Assembly: GCF_004010195.1 (NCBI RefSeq)
Contig: NC_057749.1
Location: 10,125,043 to 10,145,042 of the forward strand
DNA length: 20,000 nt
Direction of reading: 5' to 3'
Origin: Chiloscyllium plagiosum
Taxonomy: Eukaryota
Part shown: positions 9,533-19,574 of the stretch, piece by piece
How the letters are laid out: each line of letters opens with the position of its first letter
How positions within the stretch are numbered: the stretch's first letter is position 1
Notes under the pieces: generated by a model
Told to the model about the DNA's origin: nothing
Databases searched by the model: none
Seen by the model: the letters and a program-made list of their open reading frames with translations, nothing else
Program-made: the position numbers and the translations under genes

Positions 9533-9925
9533 CGAAATGAGACCAAAAAACTGCAGATGCTGGAATCCAAGCTGGACAAGCAAGAGGCTGGAGGAACACA
9601 GCAAGCCAGGCAGCATTAGGAGGTGGAGATGTCAACGTTTCGGGTGTAACCCTTCTTCAGGACTCAGGATGGGCGTGGGGGAAGCTGCAGATAAAAGGGG
9701 TGGTGGGGGAGAGGGGGATAGGTGAAGACAGGTAGAGGGTACGACCTGGTTGGCCAATGGGAGGAATGAATCTGGTTGTTGGCAGGGAGGAGTGGTAGGG
9801 AGGGAGAGGGACTGGGAAGGGAGTCTGGGGATGGGAAGGGAGATTATTTGGAATTGGAGAACTCCGTGTTGAGTCCTCCCGGTATGTCAGCTGTCCAGGC
9901 GGAAGATGAGGTGTTATTCCTCCAA
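9533..9925 (-). mobile_element. Penelope-like element 3' fragment
   Basis: Minus strand encodes decayed LEE*HLIFRL..PGGLNTEFSN, resembling the C-terminus of the PLE endonuclease region, followed by a terminal repeat with hammerhead motif. Confidence 0.8.
9631..9663 (-). ncRNA. Minimal hammerhead ribozyme motif (intact)
   Basis: Minus strand GUC-CUGAAGA-A-GGGU-UAC-ACCC-GAAA-CG-UU-GAC. Confidence 0.78.
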
Positions 9926-10402
9926 CATATCTTATGACATGAAGTATCTGGGAGCGTTTTAATACATTACAGATATCAAATCAATACAACTTGGCATTGC
10001 AGTAAAGCAGCAAAAGAAGCATTCGGAGTTTTCAACAAATTCACATGCCTCCTGTAGTCTGGGAGGGACGCACTTGATCGCACTTTGTTGAGGAGTCAGT
10101 GAGGTGTAAAGATAATTCGCAGAAAGAAAAATCAGATTATGCCTAAATTCCGTAAATGTTTTGGTTTCGTTTATGCAGAAGTTGCAGAATTTCTGTCATG
10201 TCTGTTGAGTAATTCTTTGCAAATGGTTGTCAAGCTTAGTACCAGAGAAAGCCATTCATCAGAGAGTTGAGGGCATTGTGTCCCAGTTCTCAAAGGCTCG
10301 CTCCTACAGAGTGCAGGCCAGCACTAAGAGAACTTTACTCCGTCGCTTTGCCTTGTACCTGTCCAGGGTTTTTTCTCACAAACATCTTGTTTTTTGTGAA
10401 AG

Positions 10403-10468
10403 GGCCAATTGGACTCGTGAATCTGCTGGTTTCCAAGTCCATGGGAGCGTCTCAGATTGTGATCTGTG
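10403..10468 (+). CDS. SORD: Sorbitol dehydrogenase, exon 6 equivalent
   Basis: ttttgtgaaAG|GG CCA ATT...TGT G|GTaagt; 66 nt; (G)PIGLVNLLVSKSMGASQIVIC(D); completes the GAGPIG NAD-binding motif. Confidence 0.95.
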
Positions 10469-10902
10469 GTAAGTTGTTTGTTTCGCATGCTGCTTAACTT
10501 TGAGTACTGAATAATGTATTCTCAATCCAGAATCAATGCATTGTTAACATTGTCAGCATTACCTTTGGCGATATCAAACCTGAAATGGATATAATCGATT
10601 AAATGGCTCACAAATCTGTGCCTGCACACAGGAGAAAATTAAAGTTAAAATCCAATAGTGTATGTAACTTTAGTTTATCTCTACGCTGCCTCCTTCTAAT
10701 TCCTTATTTGCTATTTTCACTTCAGGCAGAGAAATTGTCTTTTGAAACTCCTTCCGGGTTTCTCTGCTTTAACATTTTGTAGGCCAGAAGAAGGCTTTTC
10801 GGCCTGCCATACCTGTGCTGGCTGTCTGAGAAAGCAATGACAGATGTGCCCTTTTCCCTCATGCCAGCTTCATATTTATTCTTTTAAAGTATGTCACATC
10901 TT

Positions 10903-11705
10903 GGAGTCATACAGCACAGAAACAGATCCTTCGGTCCAACCAGTCCATGCCGAATGTAATCCCAAACTAAGCTAAACGTAATCCCGCCTGCCTGAGCTTG
11001 GCCCATATCCCTCCAAACATTTCTTATTCATTTACTTATCCAAATGTCTTTTAAACATTGCAACTGTATCCACATCCACCACTTCCGCAGGAAATTCATT
11101 CCACACATGAACCATTCTCTGTGTAAAAGAATTGCTCCTTGTGTCTTTTTTAAATCTTTTACTTCTCACCTTAATAAGATGCCCTCTAGTCTTGAAGTCC
11201 CCCAACCTAGGGAAAAGACACCTGCTGTTCCTCTCATCTATATACCTCACGATTTTATGAGAACCATAGAATCCCTACAGAATTTGGCCCATCAAATCCA
11301 CACCAATCCTCCAAAGAGCAGCCCGTTCAGACCCACCTCCCCCACTGTAACTCTGTGTTTCCCACTGTTAATCCACCAAACCTGCATATCTTTGGACTGT
11401 GAGAAGAAACCAGAGCACCCAGAGGAAACCCACGCAGACATGGGGAGAATATGCAAACTCCACACAGACAGTTGCATAAGGCTGGAATCGAACCTGGATC
11501 CCTGGCGCTGTGAGGCAGCAGTGCCAGCCACTGTACCAATGCTACAGAAGTTTATGAACTTGTCTAAGGTCATCCCTCAACCTTCTACACTCCAGTGAAA
11601 AGTCCCAGCCTATTCAGCCTCTTCCCTATCTCAAACCCTCCATTCCTGGCAACATCCTGGTAAACATCTTCTGAACCCTCTCCAGCTTAATGATATCCTT
11701 CCTAT
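10903..11705 (-). mobile_element. CR1-type LINE 3' fragment, interrupted by a SINE
   Basis: ORF 11032-11250 (-): KTRGHLIKVRSKRFKKDTRSNSFTQRMVHVWNEFP. Confidence 0.88.
11261..11550 (-). mobile_element. HE1/V-SINE-like SINE
   Basis: SINE core and head; flanked by tttatga at 11254-11260 and 11551-11557 (possible target duplication). Confidence 0.9.
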
Positions 11706-11721
11706 GACATATATATACATA

Positions 11722-12240
11722 AGTATGTAAAGTTAGCTCGCTGAGCTTGAAGATTTGTTTTCAGACGTTTCGTCACCATGACTAGGTAACATCATCAATG
11801 AGAGTCTCTGGTGAAGTGCTGGTGGTATGTCCCGCCTCTCTATTTATAGGTCTTGGTTTCTTAAGGTTGGTGATTTGATTTCCTGTTCTTTTTTTCAAAA
11901 GAAGGTAGATAGGATCAAAGTCGATGTGTTTATTAATGGGAGTTCTGGTTAGAATGCCATGCCTCGAGGAATTCTCGTGCGTGTTTTTGTTTTGCCTGTC
12001 ATAGGATGTGTGTGTTGTCCCAGTCAAAATGGTGTCCTTTTTTGTATGGAAACTAATGATAGTGGGTTGTGTCTTTTGGTGGCCAGTTGGTGTTCATGTA
12101 TCCTACTGACAAGTTTCCTGCTAGATTGTCCGACATAGTGTTTTTTACAGTTCTTGCATGGTATCTTGTAAATGACATTAGTTTTGCTGACAGTATCTAA
12201 TGGATCCTTTAGGTTCATTAGTCTCTGTTTAGGTGTGTTT
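11722..12240 (-). mobile_element. Penelope-like element 3' fragment (distinct family), GIY-YIG domain
   Basis: KDPLDTVSKTNVIYKIPCKNCKKHYVGQSSRKLVSRIHEH is a GIY-YIG motif; terminal repeat with hammerhead motif at 11761-11801. Confidence 0.9.
11761..11801 (-). ncRNA. Minimal hammerhead ribozyme motif (C3U variant)
   Basis: Minus strand UCA-UUGAUGA-U-GUUACC-UAGUCAU-GGUGAC-GAAA-CG-UC-UGA. Confidence 0.65.
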
Positions 12241-13675
12241 ATAGAGTCATAGTCATAGAGATGTACAGCATGGAAACAGACCCTTCGGTCCAACCTGTCC
12301 ATGCTGACCAGATATCCCAACCCAATCGAGTCCCACCTGCCAGCACCCGGCCCATATCCCTCCAAACCCTTCCTATTCATATACCCATCCAGATGCCTTT
12401 TAAATATTGCAATTGTACCAGCCTCCACCACTTCCTCTGGCAGCTCATTCCATACATGTACCAACCTCTGTGTGAAAAAGTTGCCTCTTAGGTCTCTTTT
12501 ATATCTTTCCCCTCTCACCCTAAACCCTCTAGTTCTGGACTTTCCCACCTCAGGGAAAAGACCTTGTCTATTTACCCTATCCATGACCCTCATGATTTTA
12601 TAGACCTCTATAAGGTCACCCTTCAGCCTCCGACGCTCCAGGGAAAACAGCCCCAGCCTATTCAACCTCTCCCTATAGCTCAAATCCTCCAACCCTAGCA
12701 ACATTCTTGTAAATCTTTTCTGAACCCTTTCAAATTTCACAATATCCTTCCGATAGGAAGGAGACCAGAATTGCAAACAATATTCCAAAAGTGGCCGAAC
12801 CACTGTCCTGTACAACTGCAACATGACCTCCCAACTCCTGTACTCAATACCCTGACTAATAAAGGAAAACATGCCAGACGCCTTCTTCACTATCCTATCT
12901 ACCTGTGACTCTTCTTTCAAGGAGCTATGAACCTGCACTCCAAGGTCTCTTTTTTCAGGAAAGGACCTGACTATTAAGTGTATAAGTCCTGTTAAGATTT
13001 GCTTTTGAAAAAGCAGCACCTTGCATTTATCTAAATTAAACTCTATCTGCCACTTCTCGGCCCATTGGCTCATCTGATAAAGATCCCGTTGTAATTCAAG
13101 GTAACCTTCTTCGCTGTCCACTACACCTCCAATTTTGGTGTCATCTGCAAACTTACTAATTATACATCTAAACTCATATCGGAGTCATTTATATAAATGA
13201 CAAAAAGTAGTGGACCCAGCACAGATTCTTGTGGCGCTCCACTGGTCACAGGCCTCTAGTCTGAAAAACAACCCTCCACCACCACCCTCTGTCTTCTACC
13301 TTTGAGCCAGTTCTGTATCCAAATAGCTAGTTCTCCATGTATTCCATGAGATCTAACCTTGCTAATCAGTCTCCCATGGGGAACCTTGTCGAACGCCTGA
13401 CTGAAGTCCATATAGATCACATCCACCGCTCTACCCTCATCAGTCTTCTTTGTTACTAAGTCAAAAAACTCAATCAAGTTTGTGAGACATGATTTCCCAC
13501 GCACAAAGCCATGTTGACTGTCCCTAATCAGTCCTTGCCTTTCCAAATACATGTACTTCCTGTCCCTCATGGTTCTCTCCAACAACTTGCCCACTACCAA
13601 CATCAGGCTCACCGGTCTATAGTTCCCTGGTTTGTCCTTGCCACCTTTTTTTAAACAGTGGCATCACGTTAGCCA
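12241..13675 (-). mobile_element. CR1-type LINE, about 1.4 kb of RT domain and 3' end (disrupted)
   Basis: SQHGFVRGKSCLTNL, VDVIYMDFSQAFDKVPH, decayed PQG motif, FADDTKIGG, RPLLEYC..WSP; in-frame stop and frameshifts; tail (ctatga)n. Confidence 0.95.
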
Positions 13676-13950
13676 AACCATGTTGCAGTGGGTCTGGAGT
13701 CACATGCAAGCCAGACCAGTTAAGGATGGCTGATGTCCTTCCCTCAAGGACATTAGGATGGGATTTTACCAAAATCTATGATAGTGTCATAGTCACCATC
13801 TCGGAGATTAGCTTTCAATTCCAGCTTTTATTAGTTGAATTTAAATTCCACCCACTGCCCTGGTAGGATTTGAACTCTTGTCCCCAGAGAATTAACTCTG
13901 GCCTCTGGATTATTAGCCCAGAACCATTAGCACTAAATCACGACCTCCTC
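13676..13950 (-). mobile_element. tRNA-derived SINE (probably DeuSINE/SacSINE1-like)
   Basis: Minus strand ctaatgtccttgagggaagga...ccttaactggtctggcttgcatgtgactccagaccc resembles the recalled Deu-type central domain; homologous to 1-155. Confidence 0.6.
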
Positions 13951-14060
13951 CATCCCTCATTAATCATGTGAGCAGTATTGTGACCAAAAGCAGAACTCGG
14001 TCTGCTATAGACCAATTGTCTTTCTGTAATTTATTCATTGGTGTTGACTCCCCAGGTAAT

Positions 14061-14397
14061 TGGCAGCACGATGGCTCGATGGTTAGCACTGCTGCCAACA
14101 GCACCAGGACCTGGATTCGATTCCAGCCTTGGGCGACTGTCTCTGTGGAGTTTGCACATTCTCTCCGTGTCTGCGTGGGTTTCCTCCCACTGTGCAAAAA
14201 TGTGCAGGTTATGTAGATTGGCCATTTTAAATTGCTCATAGTGTCCACGAAAATACAGGCTCGGTGGAGTAGCCATGGTAAATGTGGAGTTACGGGGAGT
14301 GGGTCTAGGGGGGTAGGTTGCCCTACAAAGAGTCAGTGCGGACCCGATGGGCCAAATGGCCTTCTTCCATTCTGTAGGGGTTCTCTGATTCTATGAA
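14061..14397 (+). mobile_element. HE1/V-SINE-like SINE
   Basis: ggcagcacgatggctcgatggttagcactgctgcc head, central core, tail gattctatga. Confidence 0.92.
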
Positions 14398-14982
14398 TTG
14401 ACTGCCTTAGATGTCTATCTTATGCTGTCCTTTTACTGTCTGCATTCAGTCCATTTCCTCACCCTCCCCAACTACCTTCTCTGAGTTTTTTCCATCACCT
14501 TCTATAGCTGTCTAAGTATATGACTGAAGTATTGTATTCCTCCCTCCCTCTCTCTTTGACATTATGTACTGTTCCTCTATTCTCCAACTGTTGCCAGAAC
14601 TTCCTCAGTGTCTTTTTGTCTGTGCAGGATCTGAAAACATTCTCCTGTAGCACCTCAGGGTTTTTTTTCCCTGAGACTCAGTTTCTTTGATGTTGACATT
14701 TTCTCCATTCTGACAGAGTTGGTCTTAGTTATCGCAAAACTTCAGTCTTTTATTTACCATTAATGTCATGTGTTTGTTGCATGTGTTATACCACTGAACA
14801 ATGCTGAGGTGACTCTTGTTCTACTTCTGCAACAGGGTAATTTTCTTGACTTCAAAATGTCTTAGTAATTACAAAATTTCTACACACACTCTCTCAAGCC
14901 AGGTTCAAGAACCTTTAGAGCTGAAAAATGTGTTGCTGGAAAAGTGCAGCAGGTCAGGCAGCATCCAAGGAGCAGGAGAATC

Positions 14983-15010
14983 GACGTTTCAGGCATAAGC
15001 CCTTCTTCAG
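14983..15010 (-). ncRNA. Minimal hammerhead ribozyme motif
   Basis: Minus strand CUGAAGA-A-GGGC-UUAU-GCCU-GAAA-CG-UC (G-U pair at base of helix II). Confidence 0.65.
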
Positions 15011-15129
15011 GAATGAGGAGGGTGTGCCAAGCAGGCTAAGATAAAAGGTAGGGAGGAGGGACTTGGGGGAGGGGCGTTGGGAATGCGATAGGTGGAAGGA
15101 GGTTAAGGTGAGGGTGATAGGCCGGAGAG

Positions 15130-15481
15130 NNNNNNNNNNNNNNNNNNNNNNNNNNNNNNNNNNNNNNNNNNNNNNNNNNNNNNNNNNNNNNNNNNNNNNN
15201 NNNNNNNNNNNNNNNNNNNNNNNNNNNNNNNNNNNNNNNNNNNNNNNNNNNNNNNNNNNNNNNNNNNNNNNNNNNNNNNNNNNNNNNNNNNNNNNNNNNN
15301 NNNNNNNNNNNNNNNNNNNNNNNNNNNNNNNNNNNNNNNNNNNNNNNNNNNNNNNNNNNNNNNNNNNNNNNNNNNNNNNNNNNNNNNNNNNNNNNNNNNN
15401 NNNNNNNNNNNNNNNNNNNNNNNNNNNNNNNNNNNNNNNNNNNNNNNNNNNNNNNNNNNNNNNNNNNNNNNNNNNNNNNNN
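15130..15481. other. Assembly gap (352 N)
   Basis: Run of N. Confidence 1.
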
Positions 15482-16533
15482 GGTGGGGGGGTGGATCTGA
15501 CGAGGGAGTGGCGGAGGGAGTGGTCTTTACGGAACGCCGATGGGGAGGGGAGGGAAATCTATCCTTGGTGGTGGGGTCTGTTTGGAGGTGGCGGAAATGA
15601 CGAAGGATGATACGATGTATCTGGAGGTTGGTGGGATGGTAGGTGAGGACCAGTGGGGTTCTGTCCTGGTGGCGATTGGAGGGGCGGAGGAGTGGGAAGT
15701 GGAGGAGATGTGGTGGAGAGCAACGTCAACCACATCTGAGGGGAAATTGCCATCTTTGAAGAAGGAGGCCACCTGGGTTGTTCAGTATTGGAATTGGTCC
15801 CCCTGGGAGCAGATGCGGTGGAGGCGAAGGAATTGGAAATATGGGATGGCGTTTTTACAGGGGGCAGGGTGGGAGGAGGTGTAATCTAGGTAGCTGTGGG
15901 AGTCAGTCGGTTTATAGTAAATGTCTGTGTTGAGTCGGTCACCCGAGATAGAAATGGAGAGGTCTAGGAGGAGGAGGGAGGAGTCTGAGACAGTCCAGGT
16001 AAATTTGAGGTTGGGGTGGAAGGTATTAGTAAAGTGGATGAACTGTTCAACGTTCTTGTGGGAGCACGAGGTAGCGCCGATACAGTCATCAATGTAGCGG
16101 AGGAAAAGGTGGGTGTGATGCCAGTGTAGCTGCGGAAGATGGACTGTTCCACATACCCTACGAAGAGGCAGGCATAGCTGGGGCCCATGCGGGTGCCCAT
16201 GGCTACTCTTTTGGTTTGGAGGAAGGAGGAGGATTGGAAAGAGAAGTTGTTCAGAGTGAGGACCAGTTCAGTCAGTCGAAGGAGGGTGTCCAGTTCAGTC
16301 AGTCGAAGGAGGGTGTCAGTGGAAGGGTACTGGTTGGATCGGCGGGAAAGGAAGGAGCGGAGGGCTTTGAGGCCTTCGTGATGGGGTTTGGCAGGAAAGG
16401 AAGGAGCGGAGGGCTTTGAGGCCTTCGTGATGGGGTTCGGCGGGAAAGGAAGAACCTTTACTGTGGTGTCAGCTACTTAAGCTCTCTAGCTCCACCTAGA
16501 GGGTTAAAAAATCTAGTACAATAAATGTAGATC

Positions 16534-16882
16534 AGGTCAGAAGTCACAGGACACCAGGTTATAATCCAGCAGGTTTACAGAGGAACCTCAATTATCCGGC
16601 ATTCGATTAACCGGGCTTTGGATCATCTAAACAAGATCACAAGGTCCCGATGTGTGGCTAACTACATTATCCGGCATCGATTATCCGGCATTCAATTAAC
16701 CGAACGAAATACTCTCCACCTGTGTTCTTTGGATAATTGAGTTTCCTGCATATTTAAAATCACCTGATGAAGAAGCAGTGTTCCAAGAACTTGTGACTTT
16801 AAATAAACCTGTTGGACTATAGCCTGGTGTCATGTAACTTTTGACTTTGTCCATCCCGGTGCAACACCAGCACCTCAACATC
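16534..16882. mobile_element. Fold-back Penelope-derived element (related to 6299-6490), decayed hammerhead at 16761-16795, interrupted by a MITE
   Basis: acaccaggttataatccagcaggttta inverted against taaacctgttggactatagcctggtgt; CAC-CUGAUGA...GUG retained but GAAA changed to AAGA. Confidence 0.75.
16578..16750. mobile_element. Tigger/pogo-like (Tc1-mariner superfamily) MITE
   Basis: TA|cagaggaacctcaattatcc ... ggataattgagtttcctgca|TA; imperfect terminal inverted repeats, TA duplication, internal attatccggcat x3; removal restores the host aggtttatttaaaatcac. Confidence 0.75.
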
Positions 16883-16941
16883 GCAACACAGACCAGTGAC
16901 TAGACCAATGCAATCAAACATAGGGTTTGAGGAACATGCTA

Positions 16942-17066
16942 TTCTAAGGAAAGGTCACTGGAACCAAAATGTTAATTCTGCTTTCTCTCCACAGATACTG
17001 CCAGACCTGCTGAGCTTTTCCAGCAAATTCTGTTTTTGTTTCTGATTTCCAGTATCCGCAGTCCTT
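16942..17066 (+). mobile_element. Solo Penelope-like terminal repeat with decayed hammerhead
   Basis: tt-ctaagga-aaggtcactggaacc-aaaa-tgtt-aa followed by ctgccagacctgctgagcttttccagca, as in the other terminal repeats. Confidence 0.7.
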
Positions 17067-17151
17067 GCAGCTTTTTTCAATCAAACACAGATCTATTAAA
17101 CCATTGAGCACTATGATTAATATTGCCACACATGTAATTCTAACGTTTCAG

Positions 17152-17333
17152 ATTTATCACTGAAAAGACTGGAAAAGGCAAAGCAAATGGGAGCCAGTTT
17201 CACAATCGCAGTCGAGCAGAATATGACACCCCAGGAACTGGGTCAGAAGGTGAAGCAGATCCTAGGTGGAGCTATGCCAGATATATCCATTGAATGCACT
17301 GGAGCAGAGCTATGTGTCCAAGGTGGTGTTTAT
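17152..17333 (+). CDS. SORD: Sorbitol dehydrogenase, exon 7 equivalent
   Basis: tttcAG|AT TTA TCA...GTT TAT|GTaagt; 182 nt; (D)LSLKRLEKAKQMGASFTIAVEQNMTPQELGQKVKQILGGAMPDISIECTGAELCVQGGVY; IECTG motif and the NAD-specificity Asp at the junction. Confidence 0.95.
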
Positions 17334-17434
17334 GTAAGTATGGAATTGGTATAGCTGACACTGATAGGTTAGATAGTTGAATAATTTTAAACAAAGATTA
17401 TAAATGCACGAGAAGCTGTTCAAGAGAAACTTCA

Positions 17435-18025
17435 CATGACTGATTCCAAGAGGGGGAAGGGGCTTGTCTTAAGAGGAAAGGTTGAGCAGTTTGTGCCTGG
17501 ACCTGTCAGAGTTCAGAAGAATGAGAGGTGATCTTATTGAAACATATAAGATCGTGAGGAAGGGTCCCTGGAGCATTGGAGGCTATGGGGTGACCTTATA
17601 GAGGTTTACAAAGTTATGTGGGGCATGGATAGGATAAATAAACAAAGTATTTTTCCTGGGGTGGGGGAATCCAGAACTAGAGGGCATATGTTTAGGGTGA
17701 GAGGGGAAAGATATAAAAGAGACCTCAGGGACAACGTTTTCACGCAGAGGGTGGTACGTGTATGGAATGAGCTGCCAGAGGAAGTGGTGGAGGCTGGTAC
17801 AATTGCAACATTTAAAAGGCATTTGATGGGTATATGAATAGGAAGGGTTTGGAGGGATATGGGCTGGGTGCTGGCAGGTGGGACTAGATTAGTCATAGAG
17901 ATGTACAGCATGGAAACAGACCCTTTGGTCCAACCCCTCCATGCCGACCAAATATTTTTGGTCAGCATTGACGGTTTGGACCAAAGGGTCTGTTTCCATG
18001 TTGTACATCTCTATGACTCTGTGAC
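17435..18025 (+). mobile_element. CR1-type LINE 3' fragments with fold-back 3' UTR
   Basis: ORF 17616-17837: SRTRGHMFRVRGERYKRDLRDNVFTQRVVRVWNELPEEVV; inverted duplication at 17891-18018. Confidence 0.9.
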
Positions 18026-18041
18026 AGAGTGGATGCTGGGA

Positions 18042-18171
18042 GGCTGAGGTGACTGTGAAGGAATCTGCTTCTCAACATCTCCCCAAATCTCAGGCTAAAC
18101 CACAACCAATCGTCTCTCTCTAATGAAGGAGTCACCCTAAGGACATCGAAGACTATGGCAACTTTACCTTT
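18042..18171 (+). repeat. Unclassified dispersed repeat (copy 2)
   Basis: Aligns by eye with 1706-1835. Confidence 0.6.
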
Positions 18172-18445
18172 CATATTCCAAAATGATCCCCCCAGAGAAG
18201 GGATCTCCAAGGTAGTGCAACTTTTACTGTATATATACTAAATCAGAATTTGTGATTGATTTGATCACAAAGAGGATTGGTGGTGACATTTTGACTGAGA
18301 AAGTGCTTTTGTTTTATTAAATCCTTGGCTACTATCACAAACTGCAGAATTTTAGGACAGGAATTTTGACAGGTGAATCTATGACTGCCTGAAATTGTGA
18401 ATGAATGTCTATTGTTTATTCCAACTATTTCACGTGTTTCCTTAG

Positions 18446-18567
18446 GCGACCAAGTCTGGAGGTGTGTTGGTTCTTGTCGGGTTAGGCCAACCTTCAACAA
18501 ACATCCCCTTGTTAGATCTGATAGTCCGAGAAGTGGATATCAGGGGAGTTTTCAGATATTGCAACAC
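18446..18567 (+). CDS. SORD: Sorbitol dehydrogenase, exon 8 equivalent
   Basis: ccttAG|GCG ACC AAG...AAC AC|GTaagt; 122 nt; [40 protein letters not shown](T). Confidence 0.96.
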
Positions 18568-18700
18568 GTAAGTACTTTAAAAAAAAATTATTGTAAAACT
18601 CCTGAATTCACTTGACTGATTATTATGGATTCAGTGGAAATCTCAGAATTCATGCTGATTTTTCATTAGTAGTAGTTGTAGTCATAGTCAATCAGAACCC

Positions 18701-19046
18701 TGCACGGTGGCTCAGTGGTTAGCACTGCTGCCTCACAACGCCAAGGACCTGGGTTCAATCCCAGCTTTAGGTAACTGTCTAAATGGAGTTTGTACATTCT
18801 CTCTGCATCTGTGTGGGTTTTCACCAGGTGCTCTGGTTTCGTCCCACAGTCAGAAAGATGGGCGGGTTGGGTGGGTTGACCATGCTAATTTGTCCACAGT
18901 GTCCAGGGATGCGCAGGTCTAGGTGGGTTAACCATGGGAAACGCAGGGTTCCAGGGATAGAGTAGGGAGCTGGTTGAGATGCTTTTGGGAGGGTTGGTGT
19001 GGAATCGATGGACCAAATAGCCTGCATTCACACTGTAGGGATTCTA
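18701..19046 (+). mobile_element. HE1/V-SINE-like SINE
   Basis: gcacggtggctcagtggttagcactgctgcctcac...gggttcaatccc head; tail cactgtagggattcta. Confidence 0.92.
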
Positions 19047-19417
19047 AAGAATTAGACAGGAGCTTGGGAACTCTGCAGGTTGCCCATTGCCTCAGCCAGT
19101 CGGAGTCAGGTTGCTAACCAACGAGCTCCCTTTATTCCTGAATGTTTGAAATTTGATATTCTTGCATTTGTCCTGATGACAGCAAGGCACAGAGTTTCTA
19201 TCAAGTGTCTCTCCTTTCCTGATGAATACGTGAGGTGTTCCCGGACATGTATCTTTACTTTTGAAGGTGCCAGACAACTTGAAATGATTATTTCACTATA
19301 ACACTGAATGGCAGTCAAAAATATAAAAGGTGGATGTGGAAGACTATTGACAAGTAAAAACCATGACTTGAATGATTACAGTTATCCTCCTTTCTCTTCT
19401 CATTCCTGTCACTTCAG

Positions 19418-19574
19418 GTGGCCAGTGGCAATCGATATGTTGGCTTCAAAGCGTATTGATGTGAAACCTTTGATCACTCATCGCTTTCCCCTGGAAGAGG
19501 CTCTCGAAGCGTTTGAAACCACAAAGAAAGGAGTGGGAATCAAAGTCATGTTGAAATGTGACCCGGACAACTAG
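19418..19574 (+). CDS. SORD: Sorbitol dehydrogenase, last coding exon (exon 9 equivalent), with stop
   Basis: cttcAG|G TGG CCA...AAC TAG; (T)[51 protein letters not shown]. Confidence 0.97.

Larger units (their letters stand above)
14918..16449 (-). mobile_element. 5'-truncated Penelope-like element (RT fragments plus terminal repeat) with 11-bp target-site duplication; spans the assembly gap
   Basis: Minus strand VAMGTRMGPSYACLFVGYVE and RYIDDCI (RT motifs); AAGAACCTTTA at 14907-14917 and 16450-16460. Confidence 0.92.

Noticed and set aside
14430..14700. Pyrimidine-rich stretch possibly an old LINE remnant or cryptic exon
   Set aside because: No recognisable motif, and the SORD frame is complete without it.
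15063..15500. 145-aa ORF
   Set aside because: Artefact of translating through the N gap.
16578..16705. Spaced short direct repeats (attatccggcat) resembling a CRISPR array
   Set aside because: Repeats are about 12 bp, irregularly spaced, inside a TA-flanked MITE in vertebrate DNA, with no cas genes.
17134..17151. Branch-like TTCTAAC very close to the exon 7 acceptor, suggesting a U12-type intron
   Set aside because: The matching donor at 10469 is GTAAGT (U2-type), not GTATCCTT, and the motif is not TCCTTAAC.
1306..19027. Many 60-180 aa ORFs with recurring peptides such as CGRKPEHPEETHADTGRMCKLHT and CLRGFPPGAPVSSHSPK
   Set aside because: They are translations of the non-coding SINE core in various frames, not a protein family.
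632..19574. Possibility that this SORD copy is a pseudogene
   Set aside because: All six exons have GT-AG ends, compatible phases, no internal stops and retain EPLSV, GAGPIG, the NAD-specificity Asp and FRY.
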